NCBI GenBank assembly: GCA_050955045.1 | Contig: JBPBQV010000004.1 | Coordinates: 13,496 to 77,495, forward strand | DNA length: 64,000 nucleotides | From: Janthinobacterium lividum | GTDB taxonomy: Bacteria > Bacteroidota > Bacteroidia > Sphingobacteriales > Sphingobacteriaceae | Direction of reading: 5' to 3' | Shown here: piece by piece, positions 39,855 through 50,016 of the stretch | Numbering within the stretch: position 1 is the stretch's first letter | Layout of the letters: each line of letters begins with the position of its first letter | The notes under the pieces: generated by a model | The model's input: only the letters and a program-made list of their open reading frames with translations | The model's database searches: none | Told to the model about the DNA's origin: nothing | Translations under genes and position numbers: made by a program

Positions 39855-40549
39855 ATTTTATAATAGATTAGTAATATAATTCAAAAAGAAATTTTGGTTG
39901 ACATGGTTATCGCTGCTGTTTTTATCGCTATAAAAGAAGCATCATCACAATCAAAATGTATAAAAACCACTTGCGCTTCGACATGTGATTTGTTATAATA
40001 AGATCTTCCGGACTTCTTATCTATATTATTATAGAATAGATTTCAGTAGATCTATTTTGGTAATACTTGAATACTTCTAATTATTGGTCTTTGAAAACAG
40101 GATAGCACATTTTAAAATGGCTATTAGTTTATAATTGTTAAAACTACAATTAAAATAAATTATTCAAAAAATATTTTTCTGAAAATATAATTTAATAAGA
40201 AAAAGCTAATTTATTGGACTTAAATATTTAATTAGTTAAATATTTAGAGTAATTATTAAATAAATTTATCTATTTATTAAATAATTTTTATGAATTTAAT
40301 AAATCTACAACTTCCAAGTAAGCACTTCTTGCACTTGATTTAGAATAAAATTTATTATTATTTTTGAAAACAAGTTATAAAATGTCATCAATACATTTAT
40401 TATAATGTCCAGATCTGATCTGTTTTGGCAATTAATATAATTTACATTAGATATATGCACAAAATCCAACAATAATTACATATCAATATTCTTCAAACAT
40501 TTAAAAATCAATCATTTAAAAAAAATCTTTATACTAAAAAAGTAACCTT
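39855..40549. promoter_or_regulatory. 695-bp extremely AT-rich divergent control region between susC and GH51
   Basis: No ORF. It is flanked by divergent PUL genes and contains one motif pair at 39913-39942. Confidence 0.4.
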
Positions 40550-42562
40550 ATGAAAAATTTTAGTGCTTTTTATTGTATCAAAAACAGTATTTGTAGTGTG
40601 ATAATTTTTGCGCTTTTAACAGCATCTGTGTTTGCTCAAAGTAGGGCTACAATTACGTTGCAATTAGATAAACCTGGCGTAAACGTAAGTCCAAAACTAT
40701 ATGGATTGATGACTGAGGAAATCAATTACTCTTATGATGGTGGTTTGTATGCCGAACTGATAAGAAACAGAATTTTTAAAGATAATTTTAGACAGCCAGA
40801 ACACTGGTCGCTGATACAAGAAGGAGAAGGAAAAGGCACCATAACTTTAGATCGGCAGCAACCTGTAAACAATGCGCTGAATGTTTCCCTCAAACTAAAT
40901 GTAGAAAACGTAGGAAAGCGTGTAGCAATTGCAAATGATGGTTTTTGGGGAATCCCAATCAAACCAGGCACAATTTATCGGGGTAGTTTTTATGCTAAAA
41001 CTTCTAACAATCAGGAAAACTCTTTAAGTATTGCGATAGAAAGTATTGATGGTAAAACAACTTATGCATTGGCACAAGTAAGTGGACTTAATAATCAATG
41101 GAAACGTTACACATTCACTTTAAATACCCGTAAAGATTTACAACCAACAGCAAATACACGCTTTGTAATCGGAACAAAAGACACAGGAAACTATTGGTTT
41201 AATCTGGTATCGCTCTTTCCGCCAACTTATAATAACAGACCCAATGGAAACCGTTCTGATATCATGCAATTATTAGGCGATATGAAGCCTGCTTTTTTGC
41301 GCTTGCCCGGAGGAAATTACTTGGAAGGACAAATGTTTTCTACCAGATTTGATTGGAAAAAAACGCTGGGTAACATAGACCAGCGCCCGGGCCACATGGG
41401 AACATGGAGTTACCGCTCATCTGATGGCATGGGTTTATTAGAATACTTAGAATGGTGCGAAGATTTGAAGATGGAACCCGTATTAGCCCTTTTTGCAGGT
41501 TATACTTTAAATAAAGATTACTTAGAAGCGGGCCCGCTTTTAAAACCTTTTGTGGATGATGCACTGGACGAAATTGAATATGTAACAGGCGATACAAACA
41601 CGAAATGGGGCGCAAAACGAGCACAGGATGGGCATCCGAAACCGTTTAAAATTACTTATGTAGAAATTGGTAATGAAGATGGATTTGATGTTTCCGGAAG
41701 TTACGAAGGCCGTTATAATCAGTTTTCTGATGCTATCAGAGCTAAATATCCGCAGCTTCAATTAATCTCAACGGTTGGCGGTAAAGATCCACTGGGCGGA
41801 AGGTTTAAAACGCCAGCCCGTACGCCGGAAGCTTTAGATGAACATTATTACCGTACCGCATCAGAAATGGAAGAAGATGCCAACCATTATGATAATTATG
41901 ATCGCAAAGGCCCTAAAATATTTGTGGGAGAATGGGCAACCCGGGAAGGCGACCCAACAACTAATATGAATGCAGCTTTGGGCGATGCCGCATGGATGAC
42001 AGGCATGGAACGAAATTCGGATTTAGTGGTAATGTCTTGTTATGCACCTCTTTTTGTAAACGTAAATCCGGGAGGGATGCAATGGAAATCTGATTTGATC
42101 GGATATAATTCGCTTACCAGCTATGGTTCTCCCTCCTATTATGTACAGAAAATATTCAACACGTATTTAGGTGATAAGGTAGTGCCTATATCAGCAGAAA
42201 ATATTCCAACACAACTTACCAAATTAACTAAAAGAGATTCTACAGGCGGTACAAAACAAAAAACAATACCGGCCATGTTTTATGTTGCTACTAGAAGTAG
42301 TAATGATGGCCGTGTTTACCTCAAAATAGTAAATGCAACCAGTCAGGCACAGCCAGTAAATATCAATTTAAAAGGTGTTGCAAAAGTTGCTTCGGCAGGT
42401 TCTAAAGTTGTGATTAAAGCAGACAAGCCTGAAGATACCAATACCATTACAGAACCCAAAAAGATTGTCCCAGTAATTTCTACTATTAAAGGATTAGGTA
42501 CTTCTTTTAACCAGACTTTTCCGGCTTATTCTATTACGGTTTTACAAATCGAAACAAAGTAA
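40550..42562 (+). CDS. alpha-L-arabinofuranosidase (GH51)
   Basis: LRLPGGNY, YVEIGNEDG (acid/base) and FVGEWA (nucleophile) motifs, plus a signal peptide. Confidence 0.85.
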   Translation: MKNFSAFYCIKNSICSVIIFALLTASVFAQSRATITLQLDKPGVNVSPKLYGLMTEEINYSYDGGLYAELIRNRIFKDNFRQPEHWSLIQEGEGKGTITLDRQQPVNNALNVSLKLNVENVGKRVAIANDGFWGIPIKPGTIYRGSFYAKTSNNQENSLSIAIESIDGKTTYALAQVSGLNNQWKRYTFTLNTRKDLQPTANTRFVIGTKDTGNYWFNLVSLFPPTYNNRPNGNRSDIMQLLGDMKPAFLRLPGGNYLEGQMFSTRFDWKKTLGNIDQRPGHMGTWSYRSSDGMGLLEYLEWCEDLKMEPVLALFAGYTLNKDYLEAGPLLKPFVDDALDEIEYVTGDTNTKWGAKRAQDGHPKPFKITYVEIGNEDGFDVSGSYEGRYNQFSDAIRAKYPQLQLISTVGGKDPLGGRFKTPARTPEALDEHYYRTASEMEEDANHYDNYDRKGPKIFVGEWATREGDPTTNMNAALGDAAWMTGMERNSDLVVMSCYAPLFVNVNPGGMQWKSDLIGYNSLTSYGSPSYYVQKIFNTYLGDKVVPISAENIPTQLTKLTKRDSTGGTKQKTIPAMFYVATRSSNDGRVYLKIVNATSQAQPVNINLKGVAKVASAGSKVVIKADKPEDTNTITEPKKIVPVISTIKGLGTSFNQTFPAYSITVLQIETK

Positions 42563-42596
42563 TCATCAATTAAATTTGAATTGATTTTTTTGGTTC

Positions 42597-42684
42597 ATAC
42601 TTCTTTTATCACCTTAATTTTATTGTTGAACAACAAAAAATTCAAGCAACCTGTTTACCATATTTTAGGTGATAAAAGAAGCAT
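42597..42684. repeat. inverted pair of the 17-nt motif ATACTTCTTTTATCACC / GGTGATAAAAGAAGCAT separated by 54 nt
   Basis: The arms at 42597-42613 and 42668-42684 have one mismatch. Confidence 0.55.
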
Positions 42685-42814
42685 CAACTTTAATAATCTG
42701 AACAACCTTAAGATAGATTAGACTGGAAGCATTTTAACCAGCAAAACTTCAAAACCAATTTAATTAAAACCCTAATTATAATTAGACCAAAAACCTCACC
42801 TTAATCATTATCAA

Positions 42815-45277
42815 ATGAGATATATTTCTAAAACCTTATTTTCTATTATACTGACTTTTGCAGGATTAACTACTAAAGCACAGATAGAAAGAGCACCTGC
42901 TTACCCGCTGATTACGCATAACGCGTATTTCAGTATTTGGTCAACTACAGATCAATTAAACGAATCTACTACTACACATTGGACAGGTAAAAACCAATCT
43001 TTAATAGGTATTATTAAGGTTGATCAAAACTTTTATCGCTTTATGGGAAAGGAACCGATAACATACAAAACTATTTTACCAGCTTCAGACGAGCAGCCTT
43101 ATAGCTTTAAATACACAGAAAGTGAGCCTGCAAAAGGTTGGGAAAATACTGACTTTAATGCGGATAGCTGGAAGACCGGAACTGCGCCTATCTCCGACCA
43201 GAAATCTCAATCAAAAACTTTGTGGCAAACTAAAGATATTTGGGTAAGAAGAGTTTTTAATTTAAAGGAAGTTAACATCAATAAGGTAATGTTGAAGTTA
43301 CACCATGATGATAACGTAGAAGTTTATCTCAATGGAAAAAACATTTACAACAAAACCGGTTGGAATAACGATTTCAGCATGAATGCCATTAAAAACGAAT
43401 TAATTAACGGTAAAAACGTACTCGCTATCCATTGCGCCAACACTGCTGGCGGTGCCTGGCTAGATTTTGGTTTGGCAGATGAACTTAAACCAGCCACAAT
43501 TGCAAGTATTAAAGAAGCAAACCAAACGCATGTACAAGTTAATGCCACACAAACCATTTATGATTTTACATGTGGCAACGCTAATTTAAAGGTTACTTTT
43601 ACTTCTCCGTTGTTGATGAATGATCTTAAATTGTTTTCACGGCCTGTGTCTTACGTCAGTTATCAGGTAAAATCCAATGATCAAAAAAACCATCAGGTAA
43701 GTATTTATTTTGGTGCTTCCACAGACATTGCCGTGACTACGCCAACGCAGGAAGTAATCGCGCAAAAATATGCTAATGCACAACTTAACATTTTAAAAGC
43801 CGGAACAACTGCGCAATCTATCTTACAGAAAAAAGGCGATGATATAAGGATTGATTGGGGATATATGTATGTAGCAGCGCCTAAATCTTCTCATATATCT
43901 CAGTATATCAGCAGTAACAATACAGGAATAAGTTCTTTTTTAGCTGGAAAGTTTACATCATCAGCTCAAAAGGGAAAAAGTTTAATGTTGAATAATGTAT
44001 TGTCGATGAGTTTGATTGGAAATACTCCAATTGAAAAAGTATTGATGATTGGTTATGATGATTTATATTCTGTTCAATACTTTAAACAAAACCTGAAACC
44101 TTACTGGAAACAGAATGGACAAACGATAGAAAATGAGCTAACGCAAGCAGCTTCTCAATATAAAATGGTGATTGATCAATGCCAGAATTTTGATCGTACC
44201 ATGTATAATAACGCCAAAAATGCTGGCGGAGAACGTTACGCTGATTTATGTGCTTTAGCTTATCGGCAAAGTATTGCGGCTCATCAGTTAGTAAAAAGCC
44301 CGCAAGGCGAAACACTGTTTTTATCTAAAGAAAACTTTAGTAATGGTTCTATCAATACAGTAGATGTTACTTATCCTTCCGCACCACTATTTCTTATTTA
44401 CAATCCGGAGTTATTAAAAGGCATGTTAAATGGTATATTTTATTACAGTGAAACCGGCAAATGGACCAAAAACTTTGCAGCGCATGATTTAGGAACTTAT
44501 CCGCTGGCAAATGGCCAAACTTACGGCGAGGATATGCCGGTAGAAGAATCTGGAAATATGATGATTTTAACCGCTGCAATTGTTAAAGCCGAAGGCAGTA
44601 CCAGCTATGCAAAAAAGCATTGGGCCACTTTAACTACTTGGGCAGATTATTTGCTTACCGCAGGTTTCGATCCGGAAAACCAGTTATGTACAGATGATTT
44701 TGCCGGTCATTTAGCACGTAATACCAATTTATCTATAAAAGCAATTGTTGCTATTGGTGCTTACGCTGAAATGGCTAAGCAATTAGGTTACACAGATGTA
44801 AGCATGAAATATCATTTTGCAGCACAGGAAATGGTAAAAAAATGGATGCAATTGGCAGATGCAGGCGATCATTATTCACTGGTGTTTGAGCGTAAAGATA
44901 CCTGGAGCCAAAAGTATAATCTGGTTTGGGACAAAGTTCTCAACCTAAATTTATTTCCAAAAGAAGTTTACAACCGGGAAATCAAATATTACTTAACCAA
45001 GCAAAACGAATTTGGCTTACCGCTTGACAGTCGAAAATCGTACACCAAATCTGACTGGATTACCTGGACAGCCACTTTGAGTGATAACCAGAAAGATTTT
45101 GAAACTTTGATTAATCCGGTTTATAAGTTTGCAGAAAAAACACCTTCTCGCGTACCCATAAGCGACTGGCACGAAACCACTGATGGCAAAATGGTTGGTT
45201 TCCAGGCGCGAAGCGTTGTTGGCGGTTACTTTATCAAAATGCTAAACGATAGGTGGAATAGCAAAAATGTTGAATAA
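42815..45277 (+). CDS. glutaminase-like DUF4964/DUF4965/DUF1793 family protein (uncharacterised putative glycoside hydrolase)
   Basis: The N-terminus APAYPLITHNAYFSIWS and the C-terminal six-hairpin-like region are typical of this family. It has a signal peptide. Confidence 0.65.
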   Translation: MRYISKTLFSIILTFAGLTTKAQIERAPAYPLITHNAYFSIWSTTDQLNESTTTHWTGKNQSLIGIIKVDQNFYRFMGKEPITYKTILPASDEQPYSFKYTESEPAKGWENTDFNADSWKTGTAPISDQKSQSKTLWQTKDIWVRRVFNLKEVNINKVMLKLHHDDNVEVYLNGKNIYNKTGWNNDFSMNAIKNELINGKNVLAIHCANTAGGAWLDFGLADELKPATIASIKEANQTHVQVNATQTIYDFTCGNANLKVTFTSPLLMNDLKLFSRPVSYVSYQVKSNDQKNHQVSIYFGASTDIAVTTPTQEVIAQKYANAQLNILKAGTTAQSILQKKGDDIRIDWGYMYVAAPKSSHISQYISSNNTGISSFLAGKFTSSAQKGKSLMLNNVLSMSLIGNTPIEKVLMIGYDDLYSVQYFKQNLKPYWKQNGQTIENELTQAASQYKMVIDQCQNFDRTMYNNAKNAGGERYADLCALAYRQSIAAHQLVKSPQGETLFLSKENFSNGSINTVDVTYPSAPLFLIYNPELLKGMLNGIFYYSETGKWTKNFAAHDLGTYPLANGQTYGEDMPVEESGNMMILTAAIVKAEGSTSYAKKHWATLTTWADYLLTAGFDPENQLCTDDFAGHLARNTNLSIKAIVAIGAYAEMAKQLGYTDVSMKYHFAAQEMVKKWMQLADAGDHYSLVFERKDTWSQKYNLVWDKVLNLNLFPKEVYNREIKYYLTKQNEFGLPLDSRKSYTKSDWITWTATLSDNQKDFETLINPVYKFAEKTPSRVPISDWHETTDGKMVGFQARSVVGGYFIKMLNDRWNSKNVE

Positions 45278-45282
45278 TGAAA

Positions 45283-45337
45283 ATGCTTCTTTTATCATAC
45301 ATTTTTGATCTTAGTTTTTGTATGATAAAAGAAGCAT
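45283..45337. repeat. hairpin with perfect 17-nt arms ATGCTTCTTTTATCATA / TATGATAAAAGAAGCAT; terminator candidate
   Basis: Perfect arms at 45283-45299 and 45321-45337 with a 21-nt loop. It begins 6 nt after the DUF4965 stop. Confidence 0.6.
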
Positions 45338-45370
45338 TTGAATGATTTAACTAATCAGGTATTTTAAGTT

Positions 45371-45402
45371 GATACTGTTTTTATGTCAATAAAAACAGTA
45401 TC
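45371..45402. repeat. hairpin with perfect 14-nt arms GATACTGTTTTTAT / ATAAAAACAGTATC; terminator candidate
   Basis: 4-nt loop (gtca). It ends 12 nt before the stop of the minus-strand GH51 gene. Confidence 0.6.
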
Positions 45403-45414
45403 ACCATGGTGCAA

Positions 45415-47400
45415 CTAAGCCTTTTTAATCCGTATCACATTTAACGAATAAGGTTTAAGTTGAAAAGTTAATTTCTTATTTTGAAGATTAACCAGTTGCA
45501 CTTTCGGACTAACTGCCGAAGGATTTTCAAAAGAATTTACCTGATCCAAGTTTTCGTTTGCTAAGACAGTAATATTTGCTTTCGATTGTAACTTTGCGCC
45601 ATCAATCATAAAATCTGCATTTTGAGCTTTTGCAGAAGTATTAACTACTTTCAAAATAATTTCATTCGTTGCTTTATCTAAAGCGGCACAGGCATAAAAC
45701 CCTTCTTTACCGGCAACAGCTTTATTATCCATTAAAATTGGCACTTCCTGAGTTCCTTTATTAACTGAAAACAGTTTTTGTACCTGGTAATCTGGTGTTC
45801 CGTAAGAACGCAAGTTATCAACCCAAATTAGATCCGGCGTCCATTGCCAGCCATCTGCATGGGCAAAAAGCGGCGCGTAAGATGCCATCGAAACTACATC
45901 TGCATTGCGTTCCAAACCTGTCATGAAAGCAGCTTCAGACATGGCCGTTTTCCAGTTATTTTTATTATTAACACTTACTGTTTTATCACTTTGTGCAGCA
46001 TATTCACCGGCAAAAATTTTAGAACCATTACGCGGATAATTATCATAACGACTCACGTTTTCCAGAAACCATTCCGGCTTTCTGTAATAATGCTCATCAA
46101 TTAAATCAGCATTCATTTTGCGTAAAGCTGTGTTTAAATAATCAAACCGTTCACCATTCGGGTCAGTCCCAGAACTATTCACAAGCTTTATCTCCGGATA
46201 TTTAGCTTTAATTGCTTTCGTAAAAATCTGTAATCGTTCCAAATATTGTGGTCCCCAGTTTTCATTTCCAACGCCCATCATTTTTAAATTAAATGGTTTT
46301 GGATGACCCATTTCTGCGCGTACTTTTCCCCAATGTGTGTTCACACTTCCATTTGCAAACTCAATCAAATCCAACGCATCTTGCACATAAGGATCCAATT
46401 CATCCAACGGAACAACTTCTGCTGTATTGAACTGGCAGGCCATGCCAGCGTTTAAAATTGGCAAAGGTTGTGCGCCAATATCTTCTGCCAGTTGGAAGTA
46501 CTCAAAAAAGCCAAGTCCGAAAGTTTGAAAATAATCTGGCGTTAAACGATGTGCAAATTCTGTATTCCAGCGGTTAACTATCAATTGTCTTTTCTCAATT
46601 GGACCAATGGTATTTTTCCATTGGTAACGTGTGGCTAAATCCCGACCTTCTACAATGCAACCTCCCGGAAAACGGATAAAACCGGGTTTCATATCTGCCA
46701 GCAACTGAATCATATCTGCGCGCATTCCACCCGGACGTTTTTTCCAGGTATCTTCTGGAAATAAGGAAATCATATCCAGATCAATTTTTCCATTTCCTTC
46801 AAACCAGATATTCAGTTTGGCTTTTTGTTCTGTTGCAGTTGCGTTAAAACTTACCGCTTGTTTATGCCACTCGTTGCCAGTTTCGGTCGGAGATAGCAAA
46901 CCTGTTCCAATAATTGCGCCTTTCGGATCGACTAGTTCCAGGTGCATTTTCACATTTGCTGCTTGCTGCCGGTACATTACAGAAAAATCATAACGCAAAC
47001 CTTTTTTGATGCCCATTCCGCGGAAACCTTCATTGGTAATACCTATGCTGCTTTTATCGGCATTATTTAAAGTTATCTGCATATAACGCGGATTGGCCGT
47101 GTTAACTTCCTTGCGGTTTAAAATCAAAACGTCGCCTTCTTTTACACTCTTTCCGTTAACTTTCCAGCCCATTAACGGCGAGTAAAACTCAAACGAACGA
47201 TTTTTAATTAACTCCGCATAAATTCCGCCATCCGCACCCATGTTGATATCTTCAAAAAAGATTCCCCACATGGTTGGCTGTATTTCGGCTTTAATTTCGC
47301 TTGCTTTTACCGTAAAAATTTTGGTTTGCGCCTTACTTATTTCTGAACTTAAAAAAGTGTGTATAAAAACAGCACTTGCAAAAAATAACTTCTTTTTCAT
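45415..47400 (-). CDS. alpha-L-arabinofuranosidase (GH51)
   Basis: IRFPGGC, MGVGNENWG and FAGEYAA motifs, plus a signal peptide. Confidence 0.85.
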   Translation of the reverse strand: MKKKLFFASAVFIHTFLSSEISKAQTKIFTVKASEIKAEIQPTMWGIFFEDINMGADGGIYAELIKNRSFEFYSPLMGWKVNGKSVKEGDVLILNRKEVNTANPRYMQITLNNADKSSIGITNEGFRGMGIKKGLRYDFSVMYRQQAANVKMHLELVDPKGAIIGTGLLSPTETGNEWHKQAVSFNATATEQKAKLNIWFEGNGKIDLDMISLFPEDTWKKRPGGMRADMIQLLADMKPGFIRFPGGCIVEGRDLATRYQWKNTIGPIEKRQLIVNRWNTEFAHRLTPDYFQTFGLGFFEYFQLAEDIGAQPLPILNAGMACQFNTAEVVPLDELDPYVQDALDLIEFANGSVNTHWGKVRAEMGHPKPFNLKMMGVGNENWGPQYLERLQIFTKAIKAKYPEIKLVNSSGTDPNGERFDYLNTALRKMNADLIDEHYYRKPEWFLENVSRYDNYPRNGSKIFAGEYAAQSDKTVSVNNKNNWKTAMSEAAFMTGLERNADVVSMASYAPLFAHADGWQWTPDLIWVDNLRSYGTPDYQVQKLFSVNKGTQEVPILMDNKAVAGKEGFYACAALDKATNEIILKVVNTSAKAQNADFMIDGAKLQSKANITVLANENLDQVNSFENPSAVSPKVQLVNLQNKKLTFQLKPYSLNVIRIKKA

Positions 47401-47529
47401 TAAATCTAAGTTATAACTTTTTTAACCGTCAGAAATACAATTAAAATATTTTTCTTTTTGACTTTAATTAATATTTCAATTATATTGTGGATTGAGTAGC
47501 TTTAAATTTTTAAACAAAATCATATTTAA

Positions 47530-48237
47530 ATGATCAGATATTCCGGACAAACCCGCGTCTTAGTTGCTGTTGATTGCGTAATATTTGGTTTTGATGGAAA
47601 TCATTTAAAAATCCTATTGATTCAACGAGGCTTTGAACCCGAAGCCAAAAAATGGAGTTTGATGGGCGGTTTTATTCAACCAGATGAAAATCTGGATCAA
47701 TCTGCAGATCGAATTCTGAATCAACTTACTGGTTTAAAAGGCGTTTATCTGGAACAATTGCGCTCATTCGGAGAACCAACGCGGGATCCGCTGGAAAGAA
47801 CTATTGGCATTGCCTATTTTTCTTTGGTTGATATTCATCAATATGAAACACAGCTTAATGATAAATATCATGCAGCTTGGTTTTTGCTGAATGAAGTGCC
47901 GAAATTGATTTTTGACCACGAAGTAATGGTGGAAGAAGCTAAAAAATATCTGCGTTATAAAGCGGCGTTGCACCCAATTTTATTCGAATTATTACCAGAA
48001 AAATTTACGATTCCCCAATTACAAAGCTTATACGAAGGTATTTATGGAGCAACTTTTGATAAACGAAATTTTAGCAGAAAACTACTTTCCACAGGCTTAT
48101 TAATTCGCCAACAGGAAAAGCATAAGGAAAACTCTAAAAAAGGCGCGTTTTATTATACTTTGAATAAAGATCAATATAAGCAAAAATTTCAGGCATTTTT
48201 AAATTTTATTCCAAATCCAGAAAATTTAATCTTCTAA
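47530..48237 (+). CDS. araR: Nudix-fold transcriptional regulator, AraR-like
   Basis: N-terminal Nudix-like domain (WSLMGGFIQPDENLDQSADR) and a C-terminal winged-helix-like part (FDKRNFSRKLL). It lies directly upstream of araB. Confidence 0.65.
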   Translation: MIRYSGQTRVLVAVDCVIFGFDGNHLKILLIQRGFEPEAKKWSLMGGFIQPDENLDQSADRILNQLTGLKGVYLEQLRSFGEPTRDPLERTIGIAYFSLVDIHQYETQLNDKYHAAWFLLNEVPKLIFDHEVMVEEAKKYLRYKAALHPILFELLPEKFTIPQLQSLYEGIYGATFDKRNFSRKLLSTGLLIRQQEKHKENSKKGAFYYTLNKDQYKQKFQAFLNFIPNPENLIF

Positions 48238-48315
48238 ATCTTAAACTTTATATCAAAGCTTCTAAACGTTTTAGATTACAAAAAAATAAGTGTTAATTAG
48301 ACACCAATTAAAATT

Positions 48316-50004
48316 ATGAAAAATAATCAATTTGTGATTGGTGTTGATTATGGCACCGATTCTGTTCGTTCTGTAATTGTTGATGCAGCAAACGGAGCAG
48401 AAATAGCAGCATCCGTTTACTTTTATCCGCGCTGGCAAAAGGCATTATATTGCGATGCCTCCTTAAACCAATTCAGGCAACATCCGCTGGATTACGTAGA
48501 AGGCTTGGAGTTTACCATAAAAGACTGCCTAAAAAAAGCTGGCGGACAAGTTACACTAGAATCTGTTAAAGCAATTTCCATCGACACAACCGGATCATCG
48601 CCAGTTGCCGTTGATGAAACAGGAACACCTTTGGCATTGCTACCGCAATTTGCTGAAAATCCTAACGCCATGTTTGTGCTCTGGAAAGATCATACTTCTT
48701 TAAAAGAAGCAGCAGAACTGAATGAACATGCACAAAAATCAGAACCAAATTACTTACAGTTTGTAGGAGGAATTTATTCATCTGAATGGTTTTGGGCTAA
48801 GCTTTTACACATTTTAAGGGGTGATGAAAAAGTACGTCAATCCTGTTATTCCTGGGTAGAACATTGCGATTGGATCCCATTTTTACTCTCCGGAGGAAAA
48901 CACCTAACTGATATGAAACGCAGCGTTTGCGCGGCCGGGCACAAAGCTTTATGGGCAGAAGAATATGGCGGTTTGCCGCCGGATGAGTTTTTCTCTTCTT
49001 GGGATCCGCTTTTAAAAGGATTTACTTCCCGTTTATTTAAAGAGACTTATACATCTGATCAGGCTGCAGGAAATTTAAGCACGGAATGGGCCGAAAAATT
49101 AGGTTTATCAACCGATGTTTTGATTGGCGTTGGTGCTTTTGATGCACACATGGGCGCAGTTGGCGGGCAGATTGAACCTTATTATTTAAGTAAAGTAATG
49201 GGAACTTCTACCTGCGATATGCTTGTTGCACCAACAGAAGAAGTGAACGGAACGCTGGTAAAAGGTATTTGCGGCCAAGTTCCTGGATCGATCATCCCGG
49301 GAATGATGGGTATGGAAGCCGGGCAATCGGCCTTTGGTGATTCGTACGCCTGGTTCCGCAACGTACTGGCTTGGCCTTTGAAAACGCTTCTTTTATCGAC
49401 TAAAATTGTGGATCAGGAAACTGCCGAAAATCTGATGCAGGAAATGATTGACAAAATAATTCCGGAACTAAGCAAAGAGGCAGCAAAAATCACTCTGGAA
49501 GAAAAAAGTGAACTAGCCTTGGATTGGCTGAATGGCCGCCGCACACCGGATGCTAACCAAGAACTAAAAGGTGTAATTGCCAATTTAGATTTGGGCAGTA
49601 ATGCGCCTTCTATTTTCCGCGCTGTAGCTGAAGCAACTTGTTTTGGTGCGAAAAGCATTGTTGATCGATTTAACCAGCAAGGCGTGCCGGTAAAAGGATT
49701 AATTGGGATGGGCGGCGTTGCTAAAAAATCGCCTTTTATTATGCAGATGATGGCTGATGTAATGAACATGCCAATCCGCATCCACAAATCAGAACAAACC
49801 TGCGCTATTGGAGCCGCGATGTTTGCCGCAACGGTTGCCGGCATTTATCCGAAAGTAGAAGATGCCATGGCTGCCATGGGACAAGGTTTTGATGCCGAAT
49901 ATCAGCCTAATCCTGAAAAAACTGAGCTTTATGCCAAACGCTATCAGCGATACATCAATCTTGGCAAAGTCACCGAAATACAAACCCTGGAAATTACCTC
50001 CTAA
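48316..50004 (+). CDS. araB: ribulokinase
   Basis: FVIGVDYGTDSVR N-terminus, FGGY kinase architecture, about 560 aa, ara operon context. Confidence 0.9.
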   Translation: MKNNQFVIGVDYGTDSVRSVIVDAANGAEIAASVYFYPRWQKALYCDASLNQFRQHPLDYVEGLEFTIKDCLKKAGGQVTLESVKAISIDTTGSSPVAVDETGTPLALLPQFAENPNAMFVLWKDHTSLKEAAELNEHAQKSEPNYLQFVGGIYSSEWFWAKLLHILRGDEKVRQSCYSWVEHCDWIPFLLSGGKHLTDMKRSVCAAGHKALWAEEYGGLPPDEFFSSWDPLLKGFTSRLFKETYTSDQAAGNLSTEWAEKLGLSTDVLIGVGAFDAHMGAVGGQIEPYYLSKVMGTSTCDMLVAPTEEVNGTLVKGICGQVPGSIIPGMMGMEAGQSAFGDSYAWFRNVLAWPLKTLLLSTKIVDQETAENLMQEMIDKIIPELSKEAAKITLEEKSELALDWLNGRRTPDANQELKGVIANLDLGSNAPSIFRAVAEATCFGAKSIVDRFNQQGVPVKGLIGMGGVAKKSPFIMQMMADVMNMPIRIHKSEQTCAIGAAMFAATVAGIYPKVEDAMAAMGQGFDAEYQPNPEKTELYAKRYQRYINLGKVTEIQTLEITS

Positions 50005-50016
50005 AAACAGTATCGA

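Noticed and set aside
48238-48315. Candidate AraR operator (near-palindromes ctaaacgttttag and gtgttaattagacac) upstream of araB
   Set aside because: Both are imperfect, and I could not find convincing copies in the other ara/PUL promoters by eye. I do not remember the published operator consensus well enough to assert a match.
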